From Octopus vulgaris (taxonomy: Eukaryota): a DNA stretch of 64,000 nucleotides. The stretch spans positions 682,001 to 746,000 of the forward strand of contig OX597834.1 of the NCBI GenBank assembly GCA_951406725.2, read 5' to 3'. Positions within the stretch are counted from its first letter, which is position 1, and the number at the start of each line of letters is the position of its first letter. Shown here piece by piece: positions 24,480 to 38,618 of the stretch. Position numbers and translations under genes: made by a program. The notes below the pieces were generated by a model, which worked only from the letters and a program-made list of their open reading frames with translations, was not told the origin of the DNA and ran no database searches.

Positions 24480-24715
24480 CATCAAGATTGTAGAGCTTCC
24501 AGATATTTTTTTTTTTTCACACTGTTTTGGTATTCAATGATGAGCTCTTATTTTCACTGTATTGAAAGTGTTTTATACGTAGGATATGTGCGGTGCTCAG
24601 TAGTACTATTTTCTCTATGTTATATATACTTGTCAGTCCTGGTGTTTTTGTTATGTATTTGTCTGAATATTTTTTTATCATACATAATGCGCCTCCTATG
24701 ATAGGAAACATTTAA
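24480..24715 (-). mobile_element. R4/Dong-type 3' end fragment
   Basis: TKTPGLTSIYNIEKIVLLSTAHILR; near-identical to 45440-45550. Confidence 0.75.
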
Positions 24716-24719
24716 TTAC

Positions 24720-24758
<39 letters not shown>

Positions 24759-24970
24759 AAGGTGGTGAGCTGCCAGAATCGTTAGCAGGCCGGACAAAAT
24801 TCTAAGCGATATTTTGTCTGTCTTCATGTTCCGAGTTCAAATTCCGCCGAGATCAAATTTGCCTTTCATTATTTCGAGGTCGATAAATTAAGCACCAGTG
24901 AAACACAGGGGTCGATGTAATCGACTACTCTCCTCCGCCAAAATGACTGACTTTGTGGAAAAATTTGAGA
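24759..24970 (+). mobile_element. SINE family A
   Basis: Similar to 25793-25960. Confidence 0.8.
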
Positions 24971-25158
24971 CTTATTATTATTATAGTAGTAGTAGACGTG
25001 GCACGGTATACTATATGGCGATGTTGTTGATTGAAGATATTGTGCCGACCGGGTGTTTGTACTGTTTGTCAAGTCTCAACAAGGACTTCATATAGTAATT
25101 TACACAAGATAGTTATTTATGTACTCTCTTATCATTATTATTATTATTATTATTATTA

Positions 25159-25715
25159 TTGAGTGAGAGAGCAGCGCGTGCCATCAGAATGACATTCAGG
25201 TACAATTATACGAAGCCCTGTATACCCATCATGACTACCCGTCAGATAAGAGTACACCAGACACATGCATCAAAACCCTATGTGCGCCACATGGTGATCT
25301 CATATCAAGATAAACAGGGCATGCATGACCTTGCAAGTGGGGCCTAGTTAGAATTTTCTTCTAGGTTGAGTAGCCTGTCCCACTCAAAAGGTCTCTTAAT
25401 AAGGTTTGCTTAAGAATGATGAACGAAACACTCACGTTTCCATAAGACGATTATTAAAACTCCAAAGAATTCATCTCAACACACGGCTTTGATACTCCTC
25501 CACTACTTCTGCTCATGATCAGAGATGCACATATCGTCAGCCACCAAGGGTTATATGCAAGTGATTATGATCAAACTACTGACAAGCAAATCTGTGGTAT
25601 TGAGCAGAATATTTGCTGGAGGCCATCTTTTATACTAAGGCAAAATAATGTACATGATAACACTTCCAATCAGTTAAGATCAGAAACCATAAGATCCACT
25701 GCCTGGTACTGCACT
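25159..25715 (-). mobile_element. Dispersed repeat, probable degenerate LINE 3' end terminating in (AAT)n
   Basis: Reverse complement aligns with 44075-44627 over ~550 bp. Confidence 0.65.
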
Positions 25716-25735
25716 GCGGCATGTTACTACTACTT

Positions 25736-25792
<57 letters not shown>

Positions 25793-25793
<1 letters not shown>

Positions 25794-26190
25794 AGGCGGC
25801 GAACTGGCAGAAACGTTAGCACGTCGGGCGAAATGCTTACCGGTATTTCGTCTGCGTTACGTTGTGAGTTCAAATTCCGCCGAGGTCGACTTTGCCTTTC
25901 ATCCTTTCGGGGTCGATAAATTAAGTACCAGTTACGCACTGGTGTCGATGTAATCGACTTAATCCGTTTGTCTGTCCTTGTATGTCCCCTCTGTATTTAG
26001 CCCCTTGTGGGTAGTAAAGAAATAGGTATTTCGTCTGTCTTACGTTCTGAGTTCAAATTCCTTCGAGGCCGTCTTTGCCTTTCATCTTTTTACGGTTCGA
26101 TAAAATAAGCACCAACCGATCACTGGGCTCGATATAATCGACTTAACCCCTTTCCCCGAAATTGCTGGCCTTGTGACAAAACATGAATCC
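25793..26190 (+). mobile_element. tRNA-derived SINE family A (full copy plus partial tandem copy)
   Basis: A-box-like tggcagaaacgtt, B-box gagttcaaattcc, central ggggtcgataaattaagtaccag, tail ccccttgtgggtagtaaagaaat; body repeated from ~26025. Confidence 0.9.
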
Positions 26191-27183
26191 ATTATTATCA
26201 CAATTTTCTCAATCCAGTTTCTTCCAACTTGTTTCTCGTAAAATATAATTTGCATCCGAAAAAAAAAAAAGAAAAAAATAGTTTTTAAAAATCTATTGAT
26301 TTTTGGTGTGTTTGAAGGGAGTGTTTCTATCCTTTACTCGATTTTAATTGGCTCATTTAAACAGCCACCAAGCGGTGGAGTGTGAAAATAGTGATAAATG
26401 TTTAGCAGCAGAAATAACATATTTGAAACAGATATTCGTCAGGTGAAGATTGGAAAATAAAATTAAATTGTTGTCGATAAAAGCGTCATCATTAGCATGA
26501 CCATCACGCCTCGCCATCCCAACTTCCACCACCAAAAGCCCATCACTATAATACCACTACCAGTAGCACCACTACCATCACTTCTCCTTCACCATTATTA
26601 CCACAACCCGCCACCTTCAACCACAAACACCACTCCCGCCAATTTCACCAACAACACCTTTACCGTCATCAGCAATCAACAGTGATACCTCCACAACTGC
26701 GACGACCACCACCATCGCCACAACCAACACCACCATCCCCACCCCCAACCCCCACAATGATTAAGGTGTTGTTTATCGATCACAATAAATCCATCGTTGG
26801 ATTCCGGTCAATATTTGCTGAGAAAGGAAATATTTCTGCAAGTGGCGGAATTCATTGCAGCCATTTGTCAAACATGCCTGGTGTTTATTTTATTTTTTCA
26901 TTAAGGGAGAAAAATGGGGTCAAAATGAGGTGAGGGGTATATGGGGGGTGGAAGAGAAATTGGAGTGAATTGGGGAGGAGGGAGTTGGGAGCAATATGAA
27001 ACAGAAATGGAAGGATATATGGAAGAGAAATAAGGGGGTGGGGTGGATATAAAGTGGATATAGGGGGCGGGGGTGCGACGATATCATTAAAAAATTAATT
27101 GGAGGAAACTTTTTGTAGAATAATTGATTTTATAATCAGAAAGAGACAGATGCTGTTTTGAATATTATCTATAACATGAGACC

Positions 27184-27218
<35 letters not shown>

Positions 27219-27443
27219 TGTGTATGTGTGTGTGTGTGTATGTGTGTGTGTGTGTGTGTGAGTGTGTGTGAATGAGTGTGAGTGAGTGAGTGAGTGAGTG
27301 AGAGTAAGTGAGTGAGTGAGTAAGTGAGAGTGAATGTTAGTGTGTGTTTGTGTGTGAGTGTGTGTGAGTGAGTGAGTGAGTGAGTGAAAGTGAGTGAGTG
27401 AATGTGAGTGTGAGTGAGTGTGTGAGAGAGTGAGAGTGAATGT

Positions 27444-27490
<47 letters not shown>

Positions 27491-28457
27491 TGTGTGTGTG
27501 TGTGTGAGTATGTGTGTGAGAATTTCTTGTCTTGATAAGAATCTAAATTTTCTACACCAGTCAATGGCCTTTTTCGTTTTTCCCAAATCTCTTCCGAGAC
27601 GAAATTCTCTTAGCATTAAAAATTCCCCGTTCAGGCACAAAATTTTGCATAAAATTTGACATAGTAGTTATAAACTGACTTTTAAGAAAAATATTGTGAA
27701 ACGATCTTCTTACAATTCGCAGACGATATTGTCGGGCCCCTTGTATGATTAATAATATCTGAATGGTAAAAGCTACCGCCCCTTGTATCCTCCGACATGT
27801 TTGTTTATATTCATGAGTTCCCGTTTTCCGTTTGTTTTATTTTTTAATATAAAATATATTAAAATAGATGAAACTTCCTAATTTTTTGTATACTCCATTT
27901 ATTTTGGATATATTTCCCATTTTCCTAACTTTTTTTCACAAGCGTTATTTTCTTGGAGAGGTTCGCTTCTAAAGAAGCGCCGTGTAAATAATTGTGCTTA
28001 AATGATATACCAAATTGGCTATTAGAAAGAGTAACGCAAATAGCGTTGCTACAGGTTCAATGATTTCGCTCGGAGGTGGGGCCCAGTGACTTCATCTTTC
28101 ATTGTATAATTTCATTCATTTCATTCGTTTTATTTTGCCCCCCCCTCCCACGTGCTGTCCCCTCTATGTAAGACCTTTATGGCAATAATAAAATAATGGA
28201 ACGTTTGGTAGTCTCGCGAAGTACGTTGTATGAACACAGTGATTGACCGCTGGTGTGTAATTTATATATCCAACGTGTGTCAAGGACATAAAACGGCTGA
28301 AGATAGAAATGAGTGGGAAAACTAGGACTGCCATTGACAGTCCACTATTATTCCTATTGTTGACTTTTGACTAATAAATATTGATTGAAAACGAATGCGA
28401 TATTGAGTAAAATATCTATAGAAGATCAGATCACAATAACAGAAGGCACAGTAAAGT

Positions 28458-28511
<54 letters not shown>

Positions 28512-29307
28512 TCTCGGCATGTATTGCTTAATTCACTGTAGGCAGATCATTGGTGTAGTTGTGAAAATATCCAGATCGGATACAGCTTATTTATTTATTC
28601 TTATCTCGTTTTGGGATAAGAGTGTATAATATATATACACCAATGTCTTGTTCTAGTCATTTCTTCGTGTATGGAGGAACAGAGAGAGCAGGAGAGAGTA
28701 GAAGAAAATGTGACAGAGATAGATGGATGTAAGTTAGAGTATGTGTATATCCGAGCATTTTTAAACATGCAGAATTGTGTATGTATGCGTGTATGTATGT
28801 GTATATATGTATATATAATAATAAAGAAGCAAATGGTACAGTTATCCAATTTATACAGAGCAACTAATTAGCGGTGTAATGAAGCTTCGGGAATATAAAA
28901 ATTAAGGAGAGAAACAAATTTCAAAGATCGGTGTTTATATTCATTCAGTCCATTTCAAATTGTCGAAATTCTCCGCATTATATATAGATGCGTTGACATA
29001 TAGGAGATATGGCAAAAACTCATAAGAATTTATAAATATATAAATATACGAAGATTTATAAATATATAAAAATTTATAAACATATAAATACATAGACGTG
29101 CTTGCGAGGTTGAATGTCCGTATTAGGTAAGCTAACTCCAACTATAGCAATTATATAGCAATTACCTATACTTCTCTCATCAGACTTAAGAGATTGAAAG
29201 AGTTGTTAAAATTTTAAGAAACATGAAAGATTTGAGAATTTATAAAAAACGAATACTTTGTTGGAGACTGCTGTTCATGCGAATATTTTGTAAAATATTA
29301 TTAACAA

Positions 29308-30200
29308 CTAGCTCTACGCGCGGGTAAGAGTGTGGTTGTTACTTTCTGTTGTTTCCTTTCTGTTTTTTATCACCACATTCTCCCTCTTTGTTTCTCTCTC
29401 CTTTCTCTCTCACTTTCCCACTCTCTTACTCTTCCTTTCTCTCGGACTCTCCCTCGCTTTCTCTTACTCTCTATATTTCTCTCTCTCTCTCTCTCTCTCT
29501 CCCATTTATAAACAATAAAAGATCTTGAGTAAGTTGAGAGAAAGAAATTATTTGAAAGATCATTCATAAATATCAGGTAGTGACAACGGAAAGGTCTGCT
29601 TCAAGGCAGACAGCAAAACACTAACATTTAAAAGGGACAGACGAACTTGCGAGCTGAATAAAAAAAAAAAAATATTGGAAACCAAAGTTTGAAGGGATAG
29701 AATCTGAGGATAGTAGAGTCACCATGGCTGGCATTTCTTAACGACGAACGGCAAGGTAGTGGCAGTTTAACGGCTGGCGTAAAATTTTGAACTTGATGTA
29801 AAAGAAAATTCGTAAACACCAAGTTTTGAAGTGATTCTTTCTCACGACAGTAGACTCACCATGGCAAGCATTCAAAACTTCTTTATCATGGACGGCAACA
29901 CATTGACGATTAAAAGGCTGGCGCAAATTTTTTAGCTTGATGTAAAAGAAAATTCCTAAACACCCGCTCCTTGAAATTTTAATCCCCTTCCAGCCCCATT
30001 TAGACCCCTTTTCACATTTTGGTTAATATAACTCGATTTCATTCGGGTCTACTCGGGCCACGTTTTATAAGATGAGGAATTTTGTCCTAGCGGTCACGCC
30101 TTTCATTTGAGGAAAAAAATAGTTGCCATGCAAACTCGTCAGCACTTTTAACATAGGTGTGCATATTTTCAGCTCAACCGACCACATAATGCACACATTA
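29308..30200 (-). mobile_element. Non-autonomous Helitron-like element copy (3' part)
   Basis: CTAG end at 29308; ~0.9 kb duplicated at 30236-31430. Confidence 0.7.
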
Positions 30201-30301
30201 TATATATATATACGCATTAAATATATATATATATACTAGCTGAAGGTGACCCGCTCCACGCGCGGGTAAGAGTGTGGTTGTTACTTTCTGTTGCTTCCTT
30301 T

Positions 30302-30613
30302 CAGCACGTAAAAAGCACCATCCTAACGTGGCCGATTGCAGCGCCGCCTTGACTTGCTTCTGTGCCGGTGGCACGTAAAAAGCACCAACCGATCGTTGCC
30401 GCTGCAAGCCCCCCTGGCACCTGTGCCGGCGGCACGAAAAGAGCACCCACTACACTCACAGAGTGGTTGGCGTTAGGAAGGTCATCCACTTGTAGAAACA
30501 CTGCCAGATCAGACTGGAGCCTGGTGCAGCCTCCTGGCTTCCCAGACCCCGGTCACACTGTCCAACCCGTGCCAACACGGAAAACGGATGTTAAACGATA
30601 ATGATGATGATGA
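30302..30613 (+). mobile_element. Retroposon 3' fragment (RTE-related SINE/LINE tail) inserted in Helitron copy
   Basis: Three gcacgtaaaaagcacc-like subrepeats, gagtggttggcgttaggaagg motif, (GAT)n tail; absent from the paralogue at ~29360. Confidence 0.8.
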
Positions 30614-31447
30614 TTCTCCGTCTTTGTTTCTCTCTCCTTTCTCTCTCACTTTCCCACTCTCTCTCTTACTTTTCTTTTCTCTCGGACTCTCCCTCGCTTT
30701 CTCTTACTCTCAATCTTTATCTATCTCTATCCCATTTATAAACAACAGAAGATCTTGAGTAAGTTGAGAAATAAAATATTTAGAAAGATCAATCATAAAT
30801 ATCAGGCAGCGGCAACGGAAAGGTCTGCTTCAAGGCAGGCAGCAAAACGCTAACATTTAAAAGGGACAGACAAACTTGCGAGCTGAATAAAAATAATAAA
30901 ATATCGGAAACCAAAGTTTGAAGGGATAGAATTTGAGGATAGTAGAGTCACCATGGCTGGCATTTCTTAACGACGGACAACAGCGTATTGACAGTTTAAC
31001 GGCTGGCGTAAAATTTTGAACTTGATGTTAAGAAAATTCGTAAACACCAAGTTTTGAAGTGATTCTTTCTCACGACAGTAGACTTACCATGGCAAGCATT
31101 CAAAACTTCTTTATCATGGACGGCAACACATTGACGATTAAAAGGCTGGCGCAAATTTTTTAGCTTGATGTAACAGAGAATTCCTAAACACCCGCTCCTT
31201 TAAATTTTAATCTCCTTCCAGCCCCATTTAGACCCCTTTTCACATTTTGGTTAATATAACCCGATTTCATTCGGGTCTACTGGGGCCACATTTTATAAGA
31301 TGAGGAATTTTGTCCTAGAGGTGACGCCTTTCATTTTGAGGAAAAAAATAGTTGTCATGCAAACTTGCCAGCACTTTTAACATAGGTGTGCATATTTTCA
31401 GCTCAATCGACCGACTACGTAATGCACACATTATATATATATATATG

Positions 31448-31481
<34 letters not shown>

Positions 31482-31754
31482 CACGCATTATATATACAAA
31501 TGTATACAAATGAGATATATATCTGTATAAATTAAATTAGAGATAAAACCACTAATAGGCAACTCAAAAATTGAAAAACCAAAAGCAAAAACATTAAACA
31601 AATATAATATATAAAATATATAAAATATAAAATTGAAAAATTTAAATTATTTAAATTGAAAATAAAAATTATTAAATTATATTTATAATTTGTTTAAAAA
31701 TATATATAATTATGAAAAAGTTTAATATACATAAATACAGATATATACACTTTG

Positions 31755-32055
31755 TATATATACATATTTATATATAGAACACACACACATACATTATATA
31801 TACATATTTATATATAGAACACACACACACACACACACACACATACATTATATATACATATTTATATATAGAACACACACACACACACATACATTATATA
31901 TACATATTTATATATAGAACACACACACACATACATTATATATACATAATTATATATAGAACACACACACACACATATATTATATATACATATTTATATA
32001 TAGAACACACACACACACACATTATATATACATATTTATATATAGAACACACACA
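31755..32055. repeat. Minisatellite, ~40-55-bp unit (atatatagaacacac..cattatatatacatattt), ~7 copies
   Basis: Direct reading. Confidence 0.85.
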
Positions 32056-33036
32056 GACCACCAAGTGTCCCCCAAAATCAATAAAATCCCAGTTTTTACA
32101 CCAAAACAACCACTGTAGCGCCACAAAACGTCTCCCAATCATTTCCCCCCCTCAAGTTACCCCCTCCTGTAAATTTGAATCCCCTTCCAGCCCCATTTAA
32201 ACCCCTTTTTACATAAAAATCCAATCTGTGACTACGTTTGCCTTCTTCATTTTATAGATAGGATTAAATGCCAATCGCGCCAATCTGGAGGGGCTTAGAG
32301 CCCCCTTGAATCTTCTCACCATAGCAACCACATATTTCCAGATGGTGAGTTTTAACCTACTCAACTCTGTCTCATCACGCCTTCTATGCCTGTGTCAATT
32401 TTCAGCTCGATCTGACCACTGGTGTGGCTGCCAACCTCTGACGTAGCAAAACGTGCACACGATTTTGGCCCAAAGCCTCTTTTATATATATAGATAGCAG
32501 AGAAACCCAGGCTTGCTCTGGATTAAAATAGTTTATCATTGTTTTATTTTTTTCGGTATTATAACTCGATTTCATTCGGGTCTGCGCGGGCAACACTTTA
32601 AAGAAGAGGAATTTTGTCCTAGAGGCCATACCTTTCAATTGAGCAAACTCAAAGTTGCCATGCAAACTTGCCGGGACTTTTAACATAGGTGTGCAAATTT
32701 TCAACTGAATCTTACCGTATTTACTAACACTTTTGCCTGTATAACTGCTTGTGAGACAAGGTCTGCCCTTTTCACAAATATGTAGTAGACGTACAGAGAT
32801 ACCCGACCTTACTTGGGATTAAAATGGCACAGTTTTTCATTGATTTACTTGTTTGGTTAATATAAACCGATTTCATTCGGGTGTAATCGGGCCACATTTT
32901 AAAAGATGAGGAATTTTGACCTATAGGTCACACGTTTCATTTGAGGGAAAAAATAGTTGCCATGCAAACTCGCCAGCACTTTTAACATAGGTGTGCATAT
33001 TTTCAGCTCAACCGACCACATAATGCACACATAATA

Positions 33037-33075
<39 letters not shown>

Positions 33076-34421
33076 GCATTAAATATATATATGTACATAT
33101 ATACGCGTTATATATATATATGTGTGCGTGTACGCATTATATATACAAATGTATACAAATTATATATATATATATATATATACAGATATATACACTTTGT
33201 ATATATACATATTTATATATAGATACAGACACACACACACACATATAAATTAACCCAATAAATATCTGATTCATATTTGTTCTTATGATTGTGTTGTGGT
33301 TTGTGGCGATAATAAAACTCTCTATGAATGCAGACAGACGTTCAAAGAGAGAGAGAAAGGGGGGTATAAAGAGTGACAGCGCTGGCGAAGGCGGCAGGGA
33401 AAGATAGTAGCATTTGTCAAACGTCCTTATAGAGAGAAAGTGATGGGAATGGAGGAAACAGAGAGAGAGAGAGAGAGAGACGGAGGAAGACAGGCAGATA
33501 AGAGAATGAGAGAAGACTTGTCAAAGTGTGCGCTTTTTGCCCTAGTAACCACACCTTTTAAGATAGGGATATCTAACCTAGCCCACTGACATCCTCACCT
33601 CATTTTACATGTCCCTGCAAATTTTGGAGTAAATCCGACGGGATCTAGTGCCCTTTAACCCGTTCCAATGCCAAAACCAGACAAACAAACTTTTCACATT
33701 TCAGATTTATAGATATTTGATTAGGTTTCACTGGTTAAGGAACATTACAACGCTATATTTTAAGACGAATCCATAATATGAAGTGTGGCTAGATTAAAAT
33801 CTTATTGGCTAATTATTTGGGGGGAAGAATTTAAACGTTGAAAGAATTTTATATCTGTAGGTAATTATGACATCAGATATCTTATTATGCTTTTGTTGTT
33901 AGCGCGGATTTTTTGGATCGCTTCCTCCCTACCTAAATTGCAACTTTTAGCGTATGTATTATATGGTGTGGTTTCCGTTATGATAGACCAATCGGGATTG
34001 AATTCTTTATTGCTCATTTTTAATTTATTAATGTGAGAAGCTAGAGTGGATGAATTTTTTTGCTTCGTGATTGAATTTGTATGTTCCCTACATCTAATCT
34101 TAAAATCAGTCGTATTTCTTAAGTAAATCTTTTTAGGTTCATTAAGTGTTGAAACTTCAACTTTACATATATACTAGCATTTATATATATACAACGCCGG
34201 GTCATAGTGCTAGTTTGGTATAAATTTAAATTAAAAATTTGGGGTAATAAAACATACAATGACATATTAAAAAGACGAATTAAAATTCCAGAGAAACATA
34301 CAGAAAAGATAAATATACAAATTTACAAAAATGCATAAAAATGCACCAATTAATATGAAACATATCATATATTTAAAATTGACACTCCCTCGTCAGGATG
34401 TTTTTTTACACACAACACATC

Positions 34422-35270
34422 GTTTCTTTATTACCCATAAAGGGCTACACAGAGGGGACAATACAAACATTGGGGATATAAAATATCACAATTACATAAA
34501 TATGGAAAATGAAATATGAAAAGGAAAAGTGAAAGTGATGCTAACGGCCCCATCCGCTAGCATCACTTACCTGTCCTTCATACTTTATCCTGAATGTAAT
34601 ACACATTGTGCTCTATTTTCATCTCAAATCTCTTTTCCATTTCTGTTATTATCTCGTCATCTATTTCAAATCTAAACAATTTATAGTTTTTCTTTTTACA
34701 TTTTTCCACGAATTCTTCCATACCTTCTTCCGAGATTACAGCGTACCTATCACTGTCCTTGTCACACCAGTGATAGTCTTTCAATATTTCTTTTACGTCT
34801 TTTTTCCTCGAAATACCTAGAAAATTGGGCCTAGGTTTTTTTTGCCAAGAATATTATGTCTTCTTCCGTTCTTTTTAATGCTTCTTCTATTGTTTCCATA
34901 CCGACGACTTCTGTTTTCTTTTTTCCATTGGCTTAAACCCGGCACGTGATGGTCCTTCGTCCATGCCACTCTCCTCGTTTTGGTGGCGGTGACAACTCCA
35001 CTTCACCGCCGACCTTTTTAATAAATGCCTGGTAGCTTGGCAACTTGGCCAAGTCTATTTCTCTTTCCTCCGTTCTTGTCGCTCCTGCGTATGTGTTGCC
35101 TAATTGCTTGTCCATTTTCTTTATCGCCTTTCCAAGTTCTTCTTCAGAAGTCGATAAATCCGACACACTTTCTTACATACTTCTTCTGACCATCTCTCCC
35201 TTAGGGAGGAGCAGCCCACTTCTTCCTTGTCTGTCTCAACACAGACAGACAAAAACCCAAAAAGCCGTGA
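34422..35270 (-). pseudogene. Short Tx1/L1-like element with disrupted ORF1-like coding remnant and Tx1-type 3' tail
   Basis: Lys/Glu-rich reading 35166-34578 broken by a stop and a frameshift; hairpin at 34533-34569; tail tgtcccctctgtgtagccctttatgggtaataaagaaa. Confidence 0.5.
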
Positions 35271-36039
35271 GATAATAACGTTTAACGATAGAAATTAACA
35301 ATCAACAATTAAACAGCAACTCACAGGTTCAAATAAGAAGCACAATAACACACAACACTTAGTACACGGAAACAAATGCACAATTACATACCTGCTACAT
35401 GCGAAAGACCAGACATTACGTACTCCCAAAAATTCTCATAGATACTGAATGCTACTTTATAAGCATATAATTCAATCTAGCAGCTATAGTAACTGGACTA
35501 ATTCACTTCTGCACTCAATTAAATTTTTCATCTTTTAATTTCTCCCATTCATGCAAAGCCACATATTCGAGTTCAAGTCCTTGATACATTTTATACTAAT
35601 TGCTATTTTTTCTTTTAATTGTTATATTTCGATTTAATTACCATTTTAATAAAATAAAATATATTTAATTACTACTTACTATATTTAATTCAATTATTAT
35701 TATTACCTCTAACTTTTATTGCAATTTTTATTTCTAAATTTCTTATGCAACGTCGAGTGGATCTTATGCGTACAATATATTTTTATATGATGTTTATATA
35801 TTTATATATTACTATATATTTCTAAACGTCGGGCTTTATGTCTGTTCTTTATATATAAATGAATATATGAATATAAGTATGTGTTTGATCTTTCTATGGA
35901 TTTTGTAGTGCTCTTGTAGTTGCTGCTCGCATTGCCTCCCCTCGGATTAAAAAGTGTATACAGCTCATTTGAGCAACACTATTCCAGTCTGTTATATATT
36001 TTGAGCGTTGTTGTCCACTAAGATCTCAAGATATAACTT

Positions 36040-36468
36040 TATATTTTGTAATATATATATACATCCATATACATACAATAGAGAGATGTTTTTGTTTCAC
36101 TTTTAACACGTAATACTGAAATAGTCGAGAAGATATGATATTGCTATGGGCTCGCTCTAGGAAAGAAGTAGAACATTTTTTGGCCCATGAAACTACATGG
36201 ACCCTAAGAAAGGCATGTGTAAAATTTGAATGAAATTGGTTGTGTAGTTCTCAAGTTTTAGGCAATCGTAGTGGAGAAGATAGGATATTGCTGTGGGCTC
36301 GCCCTAGGCTAAAAGTTGAAAAATGTTTTTGCCGATGACACTCCCAGGACGCTAAGTAAGGAATGTGTAAAATTTGAATGAAGTTGGTTGTGCAGTTCTC
36401 AAGTTTTAGGGAAACACACAGACAGACAGACACACACACACACATTCTCAGTTTTATATATATAGAGA
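36040..36468 (-). mobile_element. Helitron-like 5' terminal fragment with ~140-bp internal tandem duplication
   Basis: RC starts TCTCTATATATATAAAACTGAGAATGTGTG; aaaatttgaatgaa.ttggttgtg.agttctcaagttttagg occurs twice. Confidence 0.65.
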
Positions 36469-37572
36469 TATTTCTCCTTAAACAGAAACCTTTTAGGAGA
36501 CAAAGCTCCCTATTACAATTACGTGTTTTATTTCCAGATTTAGCCTTTTTATTTTTGATACCAGGGTTTTTATTATTATTATTATCATTCATATTAAGGT
36601 CAGCTATATTATCATCTCTATTAAAGCTGTTATTTCTAAGTTTAAGTCTATCTTGGCCGCGATTATAGATCCTGGATTGGGTGAGTTTGAGTACGATAAT
36701 TTAAGGCAGGATCAATTAAATATGGAGTGATATTTATGACCTTGTGGGAAGTCCCTATAAATAATCTTAAAAAATAATTTAGGGAGGTTTCTGACCTGGA
36801 GGGAAGATGGGGGTGTGAACCATATAATTTTCCGTCTCCTCCCCGAGTTGTTGCTATACTGTCATGTTATGATGGCAAACAATCTTTACTCCAAAGTACT
36901 GTTGCTGTATATTTCTCGTTGGGAGATTTAGAAATAGTAATTTTCTACATAATACATGTAAATATTTATATATAAAGGTAAATATTATTTTCCATCTTTT
37001 AACATTATTTTACTATTTTTCTCAACAAATTTTACTAAAATTGTTACATTTGAGGTTGTTGTTGAGAGCGAGTGGGCATTAGTATATAATGCCAATTTAC
37101 TGGCGTTACGTGAAGAATTCTCAGAGAGAGGATGGGTTTGGTTACAGAAATCTGAAGGAGATGGAAAACAGAGAGAGAGAGAAAGAGAGAGAGAGAAGGA
37201 AGGTGCGTGTATTTGTAAAGACTCTTTTTACATTTCTGACATAACGACGCCTTTATGTCGGCCATTGCTTTTAGAAAGCCTCGTTTTGGGAAGAATTTCC
37301 CTCTCTTAATGACTCCTCGCTTTGACGAGGTTTCAAACGTAAATGTAAGATTATTTTCTCTGCACAAATTACTTCTCATCCATACAGTTTGAAAGTTTCA
37401 TTAATGGAATGTTATAGCTTATAGGTTGGTCGTTTCTCTACTTTTTTCTTATTTTATCGCTGTTTTAACTATTTTGGTAATTGTCTCAAAAGTGTCGACA
37501 TTGTTGCTTAATCGATCGACAAACACATTAAAAAAAACTTCCTGCTATCGAAGCAGTAATTGTCACACACAA

Positions 37573-37657
<85 letters not shown>

Positions 37658-37939
37658 TATATATATATACATATACATATATATATATATATATATATAT
37701 GTAATGTATGTAAATATATCGCATATAAACAAGGCGCCAGAAATCACTTTGATGGTTATATTTACATGCATGTATGTGTGTATGTAGTGTATGTATATGT
37801 GTGTGTATTTACATTATATTTAAAGAAATGCATTTAAAAAACCAGTAAAAATAGTGTCTAATTATTGCCGTTACCTAAGGACAGAGGGCGTTATAATAGA
37901 TGTAGCGTGTGAAGTTTTAACGTGAACATACAGATACAT

Positions 37940-38008
<69 letters not shown>

Positions 38009-38055
38009 TGTGTATGTATATTACATATATATATGCGCGCGAGTGTGTGTATATA

Positions 38056-38111
<56 letters not shown>

Positions 38112-38158
38112 AGTGTGTATGTATATTACATATATATATGCGCGTGTGTGTGTATGTA

Positions 38159-38197
<39 letters not shown>

Positions 38198-38565
38198 GTA
38201 TATATATATATACACATATAACAAAGTATACAAACAGAGAGATACACATACAGGATAGAGAATGAAATATTCAGTGCAAAACTAGAGATTAAAATGTAAA
38301 TTTCTTATTAGAAGGTAATAAATTCCATACACTTAGTTTCCCGTTTCCGCTCTCAGGACGAAACTCGTAATTAAACTCCAACATATGTTTGAGTATATAT
38401 TTTGGCTAAAAAGCGAAACACATACAAATGGTATCTAATGCATCCAATAAGAAGTCGATGGATATGCACATTGCACATATAAACCCACATATATATATAT
38501 ATATATATGCGTATTTATGTATGAATGTATATGAATATATATATATATATATATATAACAAAAAA

Positions 38566-38618
<53 letters not shown>

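Larger units (their letters stand above)
30236..33713 (-). mobile_element. Composite non-autonomous Helitron-like element(s)
   Basis: RC 3' end CCCGC gcgtgga GCGGG hairpin then CTAG|T at 30236; 5' TCTATA-type ends at ~32258, ~32494 and 33713; internal duplications. Confidence 0.7.

Noticed and set aside
30302-30450. Spaced gcacgtaaaaagcacc repeats resembling a CRISPR array
   Set aside because: Eukaryotic context, three imperfect units, no cas genes; internal repeats of a retroposon
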